A stretch of DNA of 64,000 nt from Myxococcota bacterium (GCA_041389425.1 JAWKRX010000020.1:28251-92250), one strand, 5' to 3'; counted from the first letter of the stretch, positions 1 to 11,894 are shown. The notes: a model not told the origin generated them from the sequence alone. Numbers and translations are program-made.

Positions 1-966
1 GCCCGTCACCCGGCGGCTGAAGAAGACCGAGAGATCCGTCTTCAGGCTGTCGGCCTCGAGCGCGTACTCGGGGCCCAGCAGCTCCGCGCGCAGGCGCAGC
101 GCCGGCCCGACGAAGCTCCACGACGTCGTCGCCTCGACGATGAGCGGCTCGCCGCCCGGCGCACGGAGCTTGACCGTCGCCCGCGCGAAGTCCTCGACCG
201 GCGCGCGCCGGAAATCGAGCGCCCCGTCCGAGCGCTCGCGCAGGAGCTCGACGTACTCGGGCCGCGTCCATTTGAGCGAAGCGATCTGCGCGTTCACCTC
301 CTCGACGCGCAGCGACTCGCGCGGCTCGCCGGGCTCGGTCAGCAGGAAGCGCGCGACCTCGTAGCTGTGGCATAACATGTCGGACAGGACGCCACCGCCC
401 TGGCGCACGCCGTCCCAGAACCACGGCATGTGGGGGCCGCTGTGCTCCTCCGCGGCGCGGGCGAGATAGGGCCTTCCGGCGATCGGTACCGCGCGGCGCC
501 AGACGATCTCCTTGCCACGCACGACCGCGGGCTCGAAGACCTGGTTCTCGAGATAGCCGTGCAGCAGCGGGGTCGACTCGACGAGCTCGAGCACGCGCTT
601 GGCCTCGGCGAGGTTGCGCGCGAGGGGCTTCTCGCAGGCGAGCCCGACGAGCTGCCAGCGCCCGCGCCGGACGCCCTCGACGATCTCCTCGACGATCTCG
701 ACCCGCAGATCGTTGGGCGTCGCGATCCAGAGCGCGTCGATGGCGGGATCGGCGGCGAGCTCGGCGAGCGAGTCGTGGACCCGGGGCTCGCCCACGCGCA
801 GCGCCCGGGCGAGGCCGGCGAGGGACTCGGCGTGCGCGCGGGTCGGGCTGAAGACACCGGCGGCTTCGCAATCGCGCACCCCGACGAGGCTCTGGACGTG
901 GAAGCGGTTCATGAAGCCGGCTCCGACGAAGCCGATGCCGAGCGTTCGTTTCGATCTCGCTGCCAA
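1..966 (-). CDS. Gfo/Idh/MocA family NAD(P)-dependent oxidoreductase (3' end runs off the window)
   Basis: Absent from the ORF track because it is truncated. My reverse-strand translation reads (M)AARSKRTLGIGFVGAGFMNRFHVQSLVGVRD...GLACEKPLARNLAEAKRVLELVE...GYLENQVFEP. That is a Rossmann GxGxxG N-terminus plus the EKP motif of this family. It is the antisense of the junk N-terminal half of track ORF 430..2094. Putative TTG start at 966, preceded by GGAGGA. Confidence 0.75.
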   Translation of the reverse strand, partial: MAARSKRTLGIGFVGAGFMNRFHVQSLVGVRDCEAAGVFSPTRAHAESLAGLARALRVGEPRVHDSLAELAADPAIDALWIATPNDLRVEIVEEIVEGVRRGRWQLVGLACEKPLARNLAEAKRVLELVESTPLLHGYLENQVFEPAVVRGKEIVWRRAVPIAGRPYLARAAEEHSGPHMPWFWDGVRQGGGVLSDMLCHSYEVARFLLTEPGEPRESLRVEEVNAQIASLKWTRPEYVELLRERSDGALDFRRAPVEDFARATVKLRAPGGEPLIVEATTSWSFVGPALRLRAELLGPEYALEADSLKTDLSVFFSRRVTG

Positions 967-1143
967 GCGATCCTCCCCGATCCGGCCGTGCGGATCCCGC
1001 CCGGAGTCTGGCTTCCCGTCCCGGGAATCGCTAGCGGTTCCCGACGCAGAGAACCGGCGATTCGGCGAATCGACGAGCTCGAGAGCGGGAGCCGGGACAC
1101 AAGGTTCATGGACGGCGCGCCTCCAGGCGCGGGGGGCGACAAC

Positions 1144-2094
1144 ATGCGCGTTGGGATCTTCGTTTCGGAGACCTGGGGGCCGGCATCGCCGATCGGCGAG
1201 GTGCGCGAGCGCGCGCTCCGCGCCGAAGCGCTCGGTTATGCGAGCGGCTGGGTGCCCTATCTGCCGTGGTCGCTCGATGCGTTCTCGGCGATCCAGGCAG
1301 CGGGGGAGGCGACGCGTTCGATCCCGCTCGGGACGGCGGTGGTCCCGACCTATTTCTTCCATCCGCTCGCGATGGCGCGGCAGGCGGCGACGGTCCAGGC
1401 GGCGATCGGGCGGCCGATCGAGCTCGGCATCGGCTGCTCGAACGTCGCCGTCGTCTCGATGCACGGGCTGCCCTACGAGCGGCCGGCGCGGCATGTGCGC
1501 GAATACGTCGAGATCCTCGCGAGCGCGCTCGCGGCGGGGGAGAAGCCGGCGGGCGAGCGCGAGAAGGCGGGCTTCGTCCAATACGCGGGTGATTTCTTCA
1601 CGCTCGGCTCGATCTACGGCGCGCCGGAGACGAAGCGGCCCGGGCGGCTGCTCGTCGGCGCGCTGGGGCCGCAGATGCTGCGGGTCGCGGGGGCGTTTGC
1701 GGACGGCACGATCGCGACCTGGGCGGACCCGGGTGCGATCGCGCGCGGGATCGTGCCGGGGCTCACGCGCGCTGCTCGCGACGCCGGCCGGCCCGCGCCC
1801 ACGGTCGCGGGCGTGGTTCCCGTCTGCATCACGCGCCGCGCCGACGAGGCTCGCGCGTTCGCGCAGGCGGAGTTCGGCTTTTACGAGAGCGCGATGCCCT
1901 ACAAGCGCATGCTCGAGGTCGGGGACGCGAAGAAGATCGGCGACGTCTGCGTGATCGGCGACGAGGAGGCGGTCGCGCGGCGGCTGCGTGCGTACGCCGA
2001 GGCCGGCATGACGGATCTGCTCGCCGCGCCGCTCGCGTTCGGGGAGTCGACCTGGGCTTTCACGGCGGAGAAGCTCGCCGCGATCCACGCCTAG
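1144..2094 (+). CDS. Luciferase-like monooxygenase (LLM) class oxidoreductase, probably F420/flavin dependent
   Basis: C-terminal 316 aa of track ORF 430..2094, starting MRVGIFVSETWGP...ALGYASGWVPY...LGTAVVPTYFFHPLAMARQAATVQ...LGIGCSN. This is typical LLM TIM-barrel sequence. The upstream part of the ORF is antisense to the Gfo gene. Confidence 0.75.
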   Translation: MRVGIFVSETWGPASPIGEVRERALRAEALGYASGWVPYLPWSLDAFSAIQAAGEATRSIPLGTAVVPTYFFHPLAMARQAATVQAAIGRPIELGIGCSNVAVVSMHGLPYERPARHVREYVEILASALAAGEKPAGEREKAGFVQYAGDFFTLGSIYGAPETKRPGRLLVGALGPQMLRVAGAFADGTIATWADPGAIARGIVPGLTRAARDAGRPAPTVAGVVPVCITRRADEARAFAQAEFGFYESAMPYKRMLEVGDAKKIGDVCVIGDEEAVARRLRAYAEAGMTDLLAAPLAFGESTWAFTAEKLAAIHA

Positions 2095-5000
2095 CAGGGG
2101 ATGTGAGGCAGGCCAGCGCGGCGACGCCCGCCACGAGCGGCATCGCGCCCGAAGGCTCGGGCACGAGCGCCGGCTCGCAGGCATCGCCGATCAGATCCTG
2201 ATCGGCGTCTTCCTGGGCTGCCGAGCAGAAGCCGCCCGCGCCGCAATCGACGTTCGACGCGCAGGGGAAGCCGAGGCGCGAGGCGTCGCCCGATGTGCAC
2301 GTTCCATGGCCCGCTGCGTTCGGCGCGGCGGGGCAGTTGTCGAGGCCGTTGAGGACGGTGTCGAGGTCGCGGTCGCGGGCCATGCGCTGGCCGCTGCCGG
2401 GCGGAACGCAGGTGAAGGTCAGCGACTGGCCCGCGACGGCGCCCTGGGCGCGCAGCGCTGCGGCGGAGATCGCGGCCGTTCCGTCGTCGGGCAGAAAGGT
2501 GCCGCTGCTCTGGCGCAGATAGCCCCGCGTCAGGGCATTCCCCGCGCCGCCCTGCTGGACGACCTGCGCGATCAGCTCGCATTCGCTCGTCGCGCCGCCG
2601 AGAATCTGGGAGGTGAAGGGCGCCGCGGCGCGGGCGATCAGCAGATCGGCGCGGGCGTTCAGCGCGGCGGCGGTCGGCCCCCCGAGCAGAGCCGGCGAGA
2701 GGGTCACCTGCTGGCCGACGATCGGCGCGAAGTCCGTCGGGAAGACCATCATGAAGGCCTCGAGGTCCTGCTGCTCGGCGCTCGAGAGGCTGAAGACCCC
2801 GTTGCTGAAGAAGCGGAAGGCGGTGTCGATGCTGCCGTCGTGATTGAAGCCCGTCCCGCGGATCTGCGGTCCCTGGTGGTCGAAGTTCGCGTCCGTCGTG
2901 TTCCCGACGTCGGGCTGACCGAACATGCCGACCTTCTGATAGAGGTTGCGCAGATGCGGGACCTTGAAGAACTGGGGCTCCGCGTCGAAGGTCGTCTCGC
3001 CATTGCCCCCGAAATGCCCGGCGGCGGGATTCAGGGTATGGCACTGCTCGCAGGTCGCGACCGCATCGGTGATCGGCGCAGGACCAGCGGCTCCGTAGAG
3101 CGCGGCGCCGTCCGCTTCGTTGGGTCCGGAGGTCGGGTTGCGGAGCGTGCCGTCGAGCGCGCGGATCGGGTTCGGCGGATAGCGGAGTTGCAGGGCGAAT
3201 AGACGGAACGCCGTCATCTGGGTCCCCGCCAGCAGGCCCTCGTCGCGACCGATCAAGCCGGGAAAGGCGACGTTGAAAGCCTGGAAGGCCGCGATTTCGT
3301 TGCCCTGACGATCGCCGCGCCAATGCTGCGGGCCCATGTTTGCAAGGCCGCGCAGACTCTGGGTCGTCATCGGGCCTTTGTGCGGGTGGAAGACGCGGAC
3401 CTGGGGTGGGACGAAGATGACCGGGTTGAAGGGATTCGTGTTGATCGCGACGTCGCCATCGGGGTCGCCGAGGTCCCATGCGAGGTCGTCCATGTCGCCG
3501 AAGAGATGACAGGACGCGCAGGACGCCTCGCCGTTGCTGCTCGTGAGGTTTGCGTCGTAGAGGAAGGGGCGGCCGGCGACGACGGTCGCGGGCTCGGGGT
3601 TCGCGAGCGGGATCCGCTGCAGCTCGGCCTTCGTCGCGAGGTCGATGATGCGGACGGCGTTGTCGAAGCGGGTCGTGACGTAGAGACGGTCCGCGAGCCG
3701 GAGCAGGCCCGAAGGTCCGCCGCCGGCGACGGGGATGTGATCGCTCGCCTGGACGCTGAAGGTATCGGTCTCGAGGCCGGCGACGTCGTAGACGCCGATC
3801 CGGTTCGAGCCGAATCCGGCGACGTAGACCTTCGCGGCGTCGGCGGAGAACGCGAGACCGAGCGGCGTCGAGAGGCTCTTCTCCTTGACGCCGGGCGGGA
3901 TCGGCGTCGCGCCGTAGGGGATGTGTTTGTTGAGATGGCGCGGCGTGACCGAGCCGGTCGCGGGGTCGATCAGCGTGATGCGCGACTGCGCGAGGTTGCC
4001 GCGGACGGTCGCGGGCTCGCCGACGGGCTTGAGCCCGTTCGCCGAGACGTGATCGCCGGGGCCCTCGAAGCGGACGTGGTTCATCGCCTCGGTGTTGGTG
4101 ACGAAGAGGCGGCCGCTCTGCGGGTGGACCGCCATGTTGAAGAGCGTCGTCCCGACGCCGGAGAAGGGCATGCCGATCTCGACCGGAACGGCTGCGCTCG
4201 CATCGATCGTGAAGACGTCCTGGTCGGGGAGGTCGAAGCGGACGAGGTCGCTCCAATCCCGGCCGAGCTCGTCCTGCCAGGCGCCGCTCACGCCGCCGTC
4301 GCGGTCCTGGCGCACGATCAGGCCCGTCTCCGGTCCGGCGACGCCGGCGTGGTTCTTCAGTGGAGTCGGGAGGCCGCCGGGGGAGGTCGTCGCGTTCGCG
4401 CCGCCGCCGACGAGACAGGGGCCCTGCACGATCTCGTTCGTGCGATTCGCCGCGGTCGTATCGCAGACGGCCTGCTCGTGGATCGGTGTCGTGCGATTGC
4501 CCGAGCGGAACACGGCCGCGTAGACGCGATCGCCGGCGGCATTGCGCGCGAGGGCCCGAGGGCGGTCGCCGAAGAGCGTCACGACGGCGACCCGATCGCC
4601 GGCGAGCGAGCTGCCGAGATTCGCCGCGTCGAAGACGTAGACGTCCGCGCGCCCGATGCCCGGGACGTCGTAGTCGCCGTCGACGACCGGCGCGTTCTGG
4701 CCGCGATGGGCGGCGCTGATGAAGGCGCGGCTCCCGCCGGGCCCGGCAAAGACGATGTCGTTCGGCTCGTCGCCGACGAGCAGCGTGCGCACGACGCGCG
4801 GCGCATCACCCGAGACGTCGACGATGCTCACGCTGTCCGAGAGGTGGTTCACGACCCAGACTTCGTTCTCGTCGCGTGCGGCGACGGCGACCGGCTCGAG
4901 GCCGACCGGCACGCTCGCGATCGGCGTCAGGAAGCCGGCGGTATCGACGCGGAAGATCTCGAGCTGGGCGTCGGGCGTATTGACGACGAAGAGCTTCTGG

Positions 5001-5143
5001 CCGCTCGGCGAGAAGGCGAGGGGGCGGACGGGGCCGGATTCGAAGAGCTGATAGGTCGACTGGGCGAGGGCGGGCGCCGCGACCACGACCGGGAAGAAGA
5101 GGGCGGCGAGCGCCGCGGCGGCTCGGGAGGGGAGAAGGGGCAC
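2060..5143 (-). CDS. Secreted PEP-CTERM protein: beta-propeller repeats + di-haem cytochrome c peroxidase-like domain + TSP3-like Asp-rich repeats
   Basis: 1027-aa ORF. Signal peptide: MPLLPSRAAAALAALFFPVVVAAPALAQS. Repeated LFVVN/VWVVN/VYV-type propeller strands. Two CXXCH motifs (CASCH, CEQCH) with PMTTQSLRG and FKVPHLRNL, as in the CCP/MauG family. DRDLDTVLNGLDNCP and DADQDLIGDACE repeats. C-terminal VPEPS, then a hydrophobic helix, then RRGSRR (PEP-CTERM). Confidence 0.8.
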   Translation of the reverse strand: MPLLPSRAAAALAALFFPVVVAAPALAQSTYQLFESGPVRPLAFSPSGQKLFVVNTPDAQLEIFRVDTAGFLTPIASVPVGLEPVAVAARDENEVWVVNHLSDSVSIVDVSGDAPRVVRTLLVGDEPNDIVFAGPGGSRAFISAAHRGQNAPVVDGDYDVPGIGRADVYVFDAANLGSSLAGDRVAVVTLFGDRPRALARNAAGDRVYAAVFRSGNRTTPIHEQAVCDTTAANRTNEIVQGPCLVGGGANATTSPGGLPTPLKNHAGVAGPETGLIVRQDRDGGVSGAWQDELGRDWSDLVRFDLPDQDVFTIDASAAVPVEIGMPFSGVGTTLFNMAVHPQSGRLFVTNTEAMNHVRFEGPGDHVSANGLKPVGEPATVRGNLAQSRITLIDPATGSVTPRHLNKHIPYGATPIPPGVKEKSLSTPLGLAFSADAAKVYVAGFGSNRIGVYDVAGLETDTFSVQASDHIPVAGGGPSGLLRLADRLYVTTRFDNAVRIIDLATKAELQRIPLANPEPATVVAGRPFLYDANLTSSNGEASCASCHLFGDMDDLAWDLGDPDGDVAINTNPFNPVIFVPPQVRVFHPHKGPMTTQSLRGLANMGPQHWRGDRQGNEIAAFQAFNVAFPGLIGRDEGLLAGTQMTAFRLFALQLRYPPNPIRALDGTLRNPTSGPNEADGAALYGAAGPAPITDAVATCEQCHTLNPAAGHFGGNGETTFDAEPQFFKVPHLRNLYQKVGMFGQPDVGNTTDANFDHQGPQIRGTGFNHDGSIDTAFRFFSNGVFSLSSAEQQDLEAFMMVFPTDFAPIVGQQVTLSPALLGGPTAAALNARADLLIARAAAPFTSQILGGATSECELIAQVVQQGGAGNALTRGYLRQSSGTFLPDDGTAAISAAALRAQGAVAGQSLTFTCVPPGSGQRMARDRDLDTVLNGLDNCPAAPNAAGHGTCTSGDASRLGFPCASNVDCGAGGFCSAAQEDADQDLIGDACEPALVPEPSGAMPLVAGVAALACLTSPARRGSRRASPP

Positions 5144-5378
5144 GTTGGAGTCCTCGATGATGGAGCGACCGCTGTCCTGTGAAGAGGACAGACTGCTCCG
5201 AAACGGGGGGAGGGGTCAAGGAAAACCCGGGGCATTGGACTTCTGCGACCGGACTTTCACGGAGATTGCCGGTCGGGCATCGATTTCCTGCGTCGGCCTT
5301 CGCGCCATCGATTAAGCTGCCCGGTGCGCCTCGTCACAAAAATGCGGTCCCGCGAAATCCCCAAGGAGAGGTGAGGCG

Positions 5379-6392
5379 ATGCTGGGACGACGATCGGCCA
5401 CGACGTGCTTCGGATCTCGAACGGACTTCGGTCCCCGATGGGCATTCCTGGTCGCCAGCGCACTGCTTCTGCTCGCCGGCGCGGCGGAGCGCGCCGAAGC
5501 GCTCGGGATCTCGATCGTGAATCTCTCGAGCACGGGGAGCAGTGTCTCGGAGCTCGCGGTCGGGGACATCCTGACGGTGGATCTCGTGGTCCACAACGAG
5601 ACGAATCTCGACGTCTACGGGATCGGACTCGGGGCTTATGGATACGACGCGAACGGGAATCGCGAGGCCGACGATGGTCTCCGAATGATCGGCATGACCG
5701 CGGCGCAATCTGTCTTCAACACCACGGTCGTCGCGCCGGGACTCGTGTTCGGCGGACTGGACAATTTGAGGGCTCCGAATGGAGATGAGATCACGCAGGG
5801 CGGGTCGAGTCTCCACGCCCATTTCATCGCGGCCATCTCGGCTACACCCGTCAGGGGCGACGGGAGTCTGGATATCGGGATCGGCGGGGCTTCGATCGCG
5901 GATGGCGACGTTCATTTCCGGATTCTCTTCCAGGCGAGCTCCCTGCCCGATCCCACGGAGCTCATGCTGACGTTCGGGACGCGACCGGAGCCGTACTTCG
6001 GTGACGTCGTCGTGGGGACGGGGGGGACCCTTCTGCCCTTCGAAAATGCGACGCTCCGCGTCGCGATCCTCGCCGATCCGGACTACGTCCCGCCGGCCGG
6101 CTCCGGCGGAGGAGATTCGTCGGGTGGCGGGTCGACGGACGGATCCGGCAGTGGGGGCAGCGCCGGGGGGGCGACGGGCGGTTCGACCGGCGGAACGGGT
6201 GGAACGGGTGGAACGGGCGGAACGGGCGGTGGTTCGACCGGCGGCAGCAACGACGGCTCGACGGGCGGCTCTACGGGCGGCAGTGGAACTACGGGCAGCG
6301 GCGGCGGGGCGGTCGGCGCCGTGCCCGAACCGGGCGCTGCACTGCTGTTCGCGGTGGGCCTCGCGACGGCGGCGCTCGTCCGGCGGCGCTGA
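5379..6392 (+). CDS. PEP-CTERM sorting-domain surface protein, paralogue A
   Basis: AAGGAGAG RBS upstream of the ATG. Signal peptide, a ~230-aa unknown domain and a Gly/Ser/Thr linker. C-terminal AVPEPGAALLFAVGLATAALVRRR. Confidence 0.8.
   Translation: MLGRRSATTCFGSRTDFGPRWAFLVASALLLLAGAAERAEALGISIVNLSSTGSSVSELAVGDILTVDLVVHNETNLDVYGIGLGAYGYDANGNREADDGLRMIGMTAAQSVFNTTVVAPGLVFGGLDNLRAPNGDEITQGGSSLHAHFIAAISATPVRGDGSLDIGIGGASIADGDVHFRILFQASSLPDPTELMLTFGTRPEPYFGDVVVGTGGTLLPFENATLRVAILADPDYVPPAGSGGGDSSGGGSTDGSGSGGSAGGATGGSTGGTGGTGGTGGTGGGSTGGSNDGSTGGSTGGSGTTGSGGGAVGAVPEPGAALLFAVGLATAALVRRR
5526..5569 (+). repeat. 44-nt core of the paralogue duplication (copy 1)
   Basis: tcgagcacggggagcagTgtctcggagctcgcggtcggggacat recurs at 6726..6769 with one mismatch, exactly 1200 nt downstream. 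Confidence 0.9.
6189..6224 (+). repeat. Tandem 9-bp repeat (ggYggaacg)x4 encoding (Gly-Gly-Thr)4
   Basis: Read directly: ggcggaacg ggtggaacg ggtggaacg ggcggaacg. It is flanked by the duplicated ggttcgaccggcgg, inside the linker of paralogue A. Confidence 0.9.
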
Positions 6393-6581
6393 AGGCGACG
6401 ACCGAACGTCTACGGCTTCGCGCTCTCCCGCGCGGCGGCCGGAGTCCATTCGCGTGAAAAACGCCCGTCCGCCTAAAGAATCTTGTGTTGGACGCCGGGA
6501 CTTCAATTAGATGTTGCGTGCCGGGTATCAAAGATCGGGTCGTGGGGCCCGCGCTCCCGTCAGCACCCAGGGAGGATCTCC

Positions 6582-7457
6582 ATGAAGGATCGACTTCAAT
6601 TCGAAACGAGAGCCCGATCGGCTGGCCTTCGATTCTGCACCCTCGGCCTTGCATTGGTCCTGTTCATCGTGGCGAGCCTCGCTGCGAGCCCTGCCGACGC
6701 GGCAGGCATATCGATCGTCAACGTTTCGAGCACGGGGAGCAGCGTCTCGGAGCTCGCGGTCGGGGACATACTGACAGTCGAGCTCGTCGCGAACAACGAT
6801 ACGAATCTCGAGATCTACGGGATCGGAATCAGTGCCTTCGGTTACGAGGGCAGTCTCGAGATGGTCGGTGTGGAGGCGGTGTCGTCGATCTTCAATACGA
6901 CGGTCCTCTCCGACGGAACGCCCATCGGCGGCTTCGAAACGAACTACGCGAATCGCGGACTGGAAGCCGTCTTGGATGGGACGCTGCGAACGGCGCTCTA
7001 CTTGAGTGCCGATCTATCGCCTCATACGGGAGACGGGAGCTTCGACCTCGGGCTCCGCGGAACGCCCATCTCCGAAGGAGACGTTCATTTCAGGATCTCG
7101 TTCCGGGCGACCTCGCTCCTCGACACGACTGAGCTCGAGGTGATCTTCGACGCGAATTCGGCGATCGGAGACGCCGTCGTCGGCACCCAGGGAATCCTCC
7201 TGCCCTTCGAGCGGTCGACGCTGCGCGTCGCCGTGCTCGGCGACCCCGACTACGTCGCCCCGCCGGGTGACGATGGAGAGGAGCCCGGGGGCAGCACGGG
7301 TGGAGGCGGTGGACAGCCCGGCGGCGGGACGGGCGGATCGGGCGGCAATGGCGGTTCGACAGGGGGAGGGGGTGTGGTGGGCGCCGTTCCGGAACCCGCC
7401 GGGGCGCTGCTCTTCGCCGCAGGTCTCCTGACGATCAGGCTCGCTGGGCGCCGCTGA
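6582..7457 (+). CDS. PEP-CTERM sorting-domain surface protein, paralogue B
   Basis: In frame with track ORF 6483..7457. ATG at 6582 is preceded by GGAGGA. Signal peptide: LGLALVLFIVASLAASPADA. The domain is collinear with paralogue A (GISIVNVSSTGSSVSELAVGDILTVELV...). C-terminal AVPEPAGALLFAAGLLTIRLAGRR. Confidence 0.8.
   Translation: MKDRLQFETRARSAGLRFCTLGLALVLFIVASLAASPADAAGISIVNVSSTGSSVSELAVGDILTVELVANNDTNLEIYGIGISAFGYEGSLEMVGVEAVSSIFNTTVLSDGTPIGGFETNYANRGLEAVLDGTLRTALYLSADLSPHTGDGSFDLGLRGTPISEGDVHFRISFRATSLLDTTELEVIFDANSAIGDAVVGTQGILLPFERSTLRVAVLGDPDYVAPPGDDGEEPGGSTGGGGGQPGGGTGGSGGNGGSTGGGGVVGAVPEPAGALLFAAGLLTIRLAGRR
6726..6769 (+). repeat. 44-nt core of the paralogue duplication (copy 2)
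   Basis: See 5526..5569; 43/44 identical. Confidence 0.9.
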
Positions 7458-7562
7458 GCTCGAGGCTCAACCGGCCGTCGATTCGATGGAACCGCTCTTC
7501 GGTGTTCCGTAGCCGGGTCGACGACGCTCCCGGTCTTGGGTCTGCGCGTTCGCAGGCCGAGG

Positions 7563-7913
7563 CTATGGACGCTGCGCACCTTCCGCCGTCGCGGTGAACA
7601 GCAGCCGGTTGCGATTCTCGACGAGGGCGACCTCGATCTCGTCCGCGTAGCGGACCCGGGCGGGCATCGGCGAATACTGGGGCGACGGCCGGAAGAATCC
7701 GAACGGCAGCTGCTCGAAGTCGATCGTCGGGAGCTCGACGTCGACGAAGACGTCGTCGAGGCGGCTCGGATCGAAGGGCGCGTCGGACCGGTCGTCGAGG
7801 AACCGGGATCCGAGCCAGGCGGTGGCGAGCGCAACGGCGATGATGGCGGCGTAGAAGAGGTCTCCGCGACGGCTCTTCGCGCCGGCTCCTCCGGAAGGCT
7901 TCACGGCAGGCAT
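7563..7913 (-). CDS. Hypothetical N-terminally membrane-anchored protein
   Basis: Track ORF 7563..7949. Sensible composition and one TM helix (LFYAAIIAVALATAWLG) followed by a ~85-aa soluble part. No family recognised. The start is uncertain: Met at 7913 or the ORF start at 7949. Confidence 0.4.
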   Translation of the reverse strand: MPAVKPSGGAGAKSRRGDLFYAAIIAVALATAWLGSRFLDDRSDAPFDPSRLDDVFVDVELPTIDFEQLPFGFFRPSPQYSPMPARVRYADEIEVALVENRNRLLFTATAEGAQRP

Positions 7914-8056
7914 CACGACGAATCCCCCGCGCGCGCGACGAGCGCACACGCAGCATTGGGGGATGCGGCGACCCTAGCAGACGAGTGCGCGAGCGAATAG
8001 GGCGGATCGGTGTCGGGCGCGCGAAAAACGCGTGGGTGCGGCCGCCTCGGCGGTCC

Positions 8057-8244
8057 CTAGCAGCAGCGGTCGCGGCCGCTCGCCTGGCTTTCGAGCGCGC
8101 GCTGCGCGGCGCCCGGCTCGCGCGCGATCGCCGTCGGGCCGACGAAGCCGTGCAGGAAGTCGCGCAGCGCCGCGCCGAAGGCGTTCAGCGCGGAAGGCCA
8201 TCGGCGGATCGCCCCGGAAGCGAGTTCGGAAGGCGTTCGTCGCG

Positions 8245-8248
<4 letters not shown>
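8057..8248 (-). CDS. YbdD/YjiX-like small protein (CstA-associated), divergent
   Basis: 63 codons: MTRRTPSELASGAIRRWPSALNAFGAALRDFLHGFVG...SGRDRCC. Its ATG overlaps the cstA stop (ATGA at 8245..8248). Position after cstA and the terminal ...RCC match the YbdD/DUF466 family; the middle part is atypical. Confidence 0.5.
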
Positions 8249-10245
<1,997 letters not shown>

Positions 10246-10449
10246 CCGATGCCTCCGATCGTGCCGGCCCGGCGAGGCCGCCCGCTGTCCGCGCCGATGC
10301 GACGATCGCACCGCGGTCGCCCGAGCGGCGGGGCCCGGGCTCCCGGTCCCGCCGCGCATCGCGCCGCCGCATTGTTGCCAGCCCGGCCGGGCCGAGCAAG
10401 GGGCGGAACGGGCAGGGAGGCGGTCGCGCGGGCGAAGCGAACGCGCGCG

Positions 10450-11894
10450 TCAGAGCACGAGCGGAACGATGAAGCCGCACCAGAGCGCGGCCCAGAGCGC
10501 GGCGAGCACGTCGAGCACGGCCCCGTTGCGCGCCATCACGGGGATCGTGACATAGCCCGAGCCGAATACGATCGCGTTCGGTGGTGTGCCCGCCGGCAGC
10601 GCGAAATCGCAGGACGCCGCGAAGGTCGCCGCGAAGAGCACCGGTTCGACCTGGCCCGGTGCGACGCTCGTCGCGAGGATCGGCAGCAGCACGGCCACCG
10701 TCGCCGCGTTCGACGCGAACGCCGAGAGCGCGACCGTCACGAGGCTGACGAGCACGAGCTGCGGCGTCGGGGCGAGCGAGCGCAGGGCGACCAGCTGTGT
10801 GCCGAGCCAGGACGAGAGCCCGGAGCCCTCGATTGCCCCGGCCATGGCGAAGCCCCCGCCGATCAGGAGCAGTGTCTTCCACTGCAGCGTCCGCAGCGAG
10901 CGCGGCTCGAGCACTGCCCGGCCGCCGACCCGCGCGAGCATCAAGGTCGCGCTGGCGAGCAGCGCTGCGCCCGCTTCGACGAGCGCCGTCGTCGCCGGCA
11001 CGCCGGCGGCCCGGAGCGCGGCGGTGATCGGCCGGCCCGACATCCAGATGCCGGCCGCGGCGACAAAGACGACGAGCACGATCCACTCCGCCCGCTGGAT
11101 CTTCCCGAGCCGCTCGCGCTCGAGCTCGAGAGCATGGGTCCCCTGGGAGGCGTCGGGCGCATCGCGTCGCCCGAGGCGCCAGAGCGCAGCCCACGCGACG
11201 CACAGGAAGACCGCCGCGAAGGGCACGCCGATCAGCATGAACTCGAAGAAGCCGACATCGCGGCCCTGGCTCGCGAGGTAGCCCGAGAGCTGGGCGGAGG
11301 GGACGGTCCCGATCTTGCTGCCCGTGCCGCCCAGGTTCGCGGCGTAGGCGATCGCGAGCATCAACGCGGCGCCGTAGCCCGTGAGCCGGCGGCCGGATTG
11401 ATGTTCGAACTCGGCGATGATCGCGAGGCCGATCGGGAACATCATGGCCGCGGTCGCGGTATTCGAGATCCAGAGCGACACGAAGCCCGTCGCGAGCAGC
11501 AGGCCGAGCAGCATTCGCCGCGGGGAGGGGCCGACGGCGCTCATGATCGCGAGGGCGATCCGGCGATGCAGGTTCCACTGCTGCATCGCCGCGGCGATGC
11601 CCATGCCGCCGAGAAAGAGGAAGACGTAGGGATCGAGGTAGGGGAGCAGCGCGCTCTTGGCGTTGAGCGCGAACGGTTCGCCATGGAGGTTCGAGAGGGG
11701 AATGACGACGAGCGGGAGGCAGGCCGTCCAGTACATCGGGATCGCTTCGCTGATCCACCAGAACGCCATCAACGCGGTGAGGGCCGCCGCGAGCGCCGGG
11801 CGCGCGCCGAACTCCCCGACGTCGCGCAGCGGCGAATCGAGCAGCCAGACGCCGAAGAAGAGCAGCAATCCGGCGGCGACGAGTCGCGGCCGGA

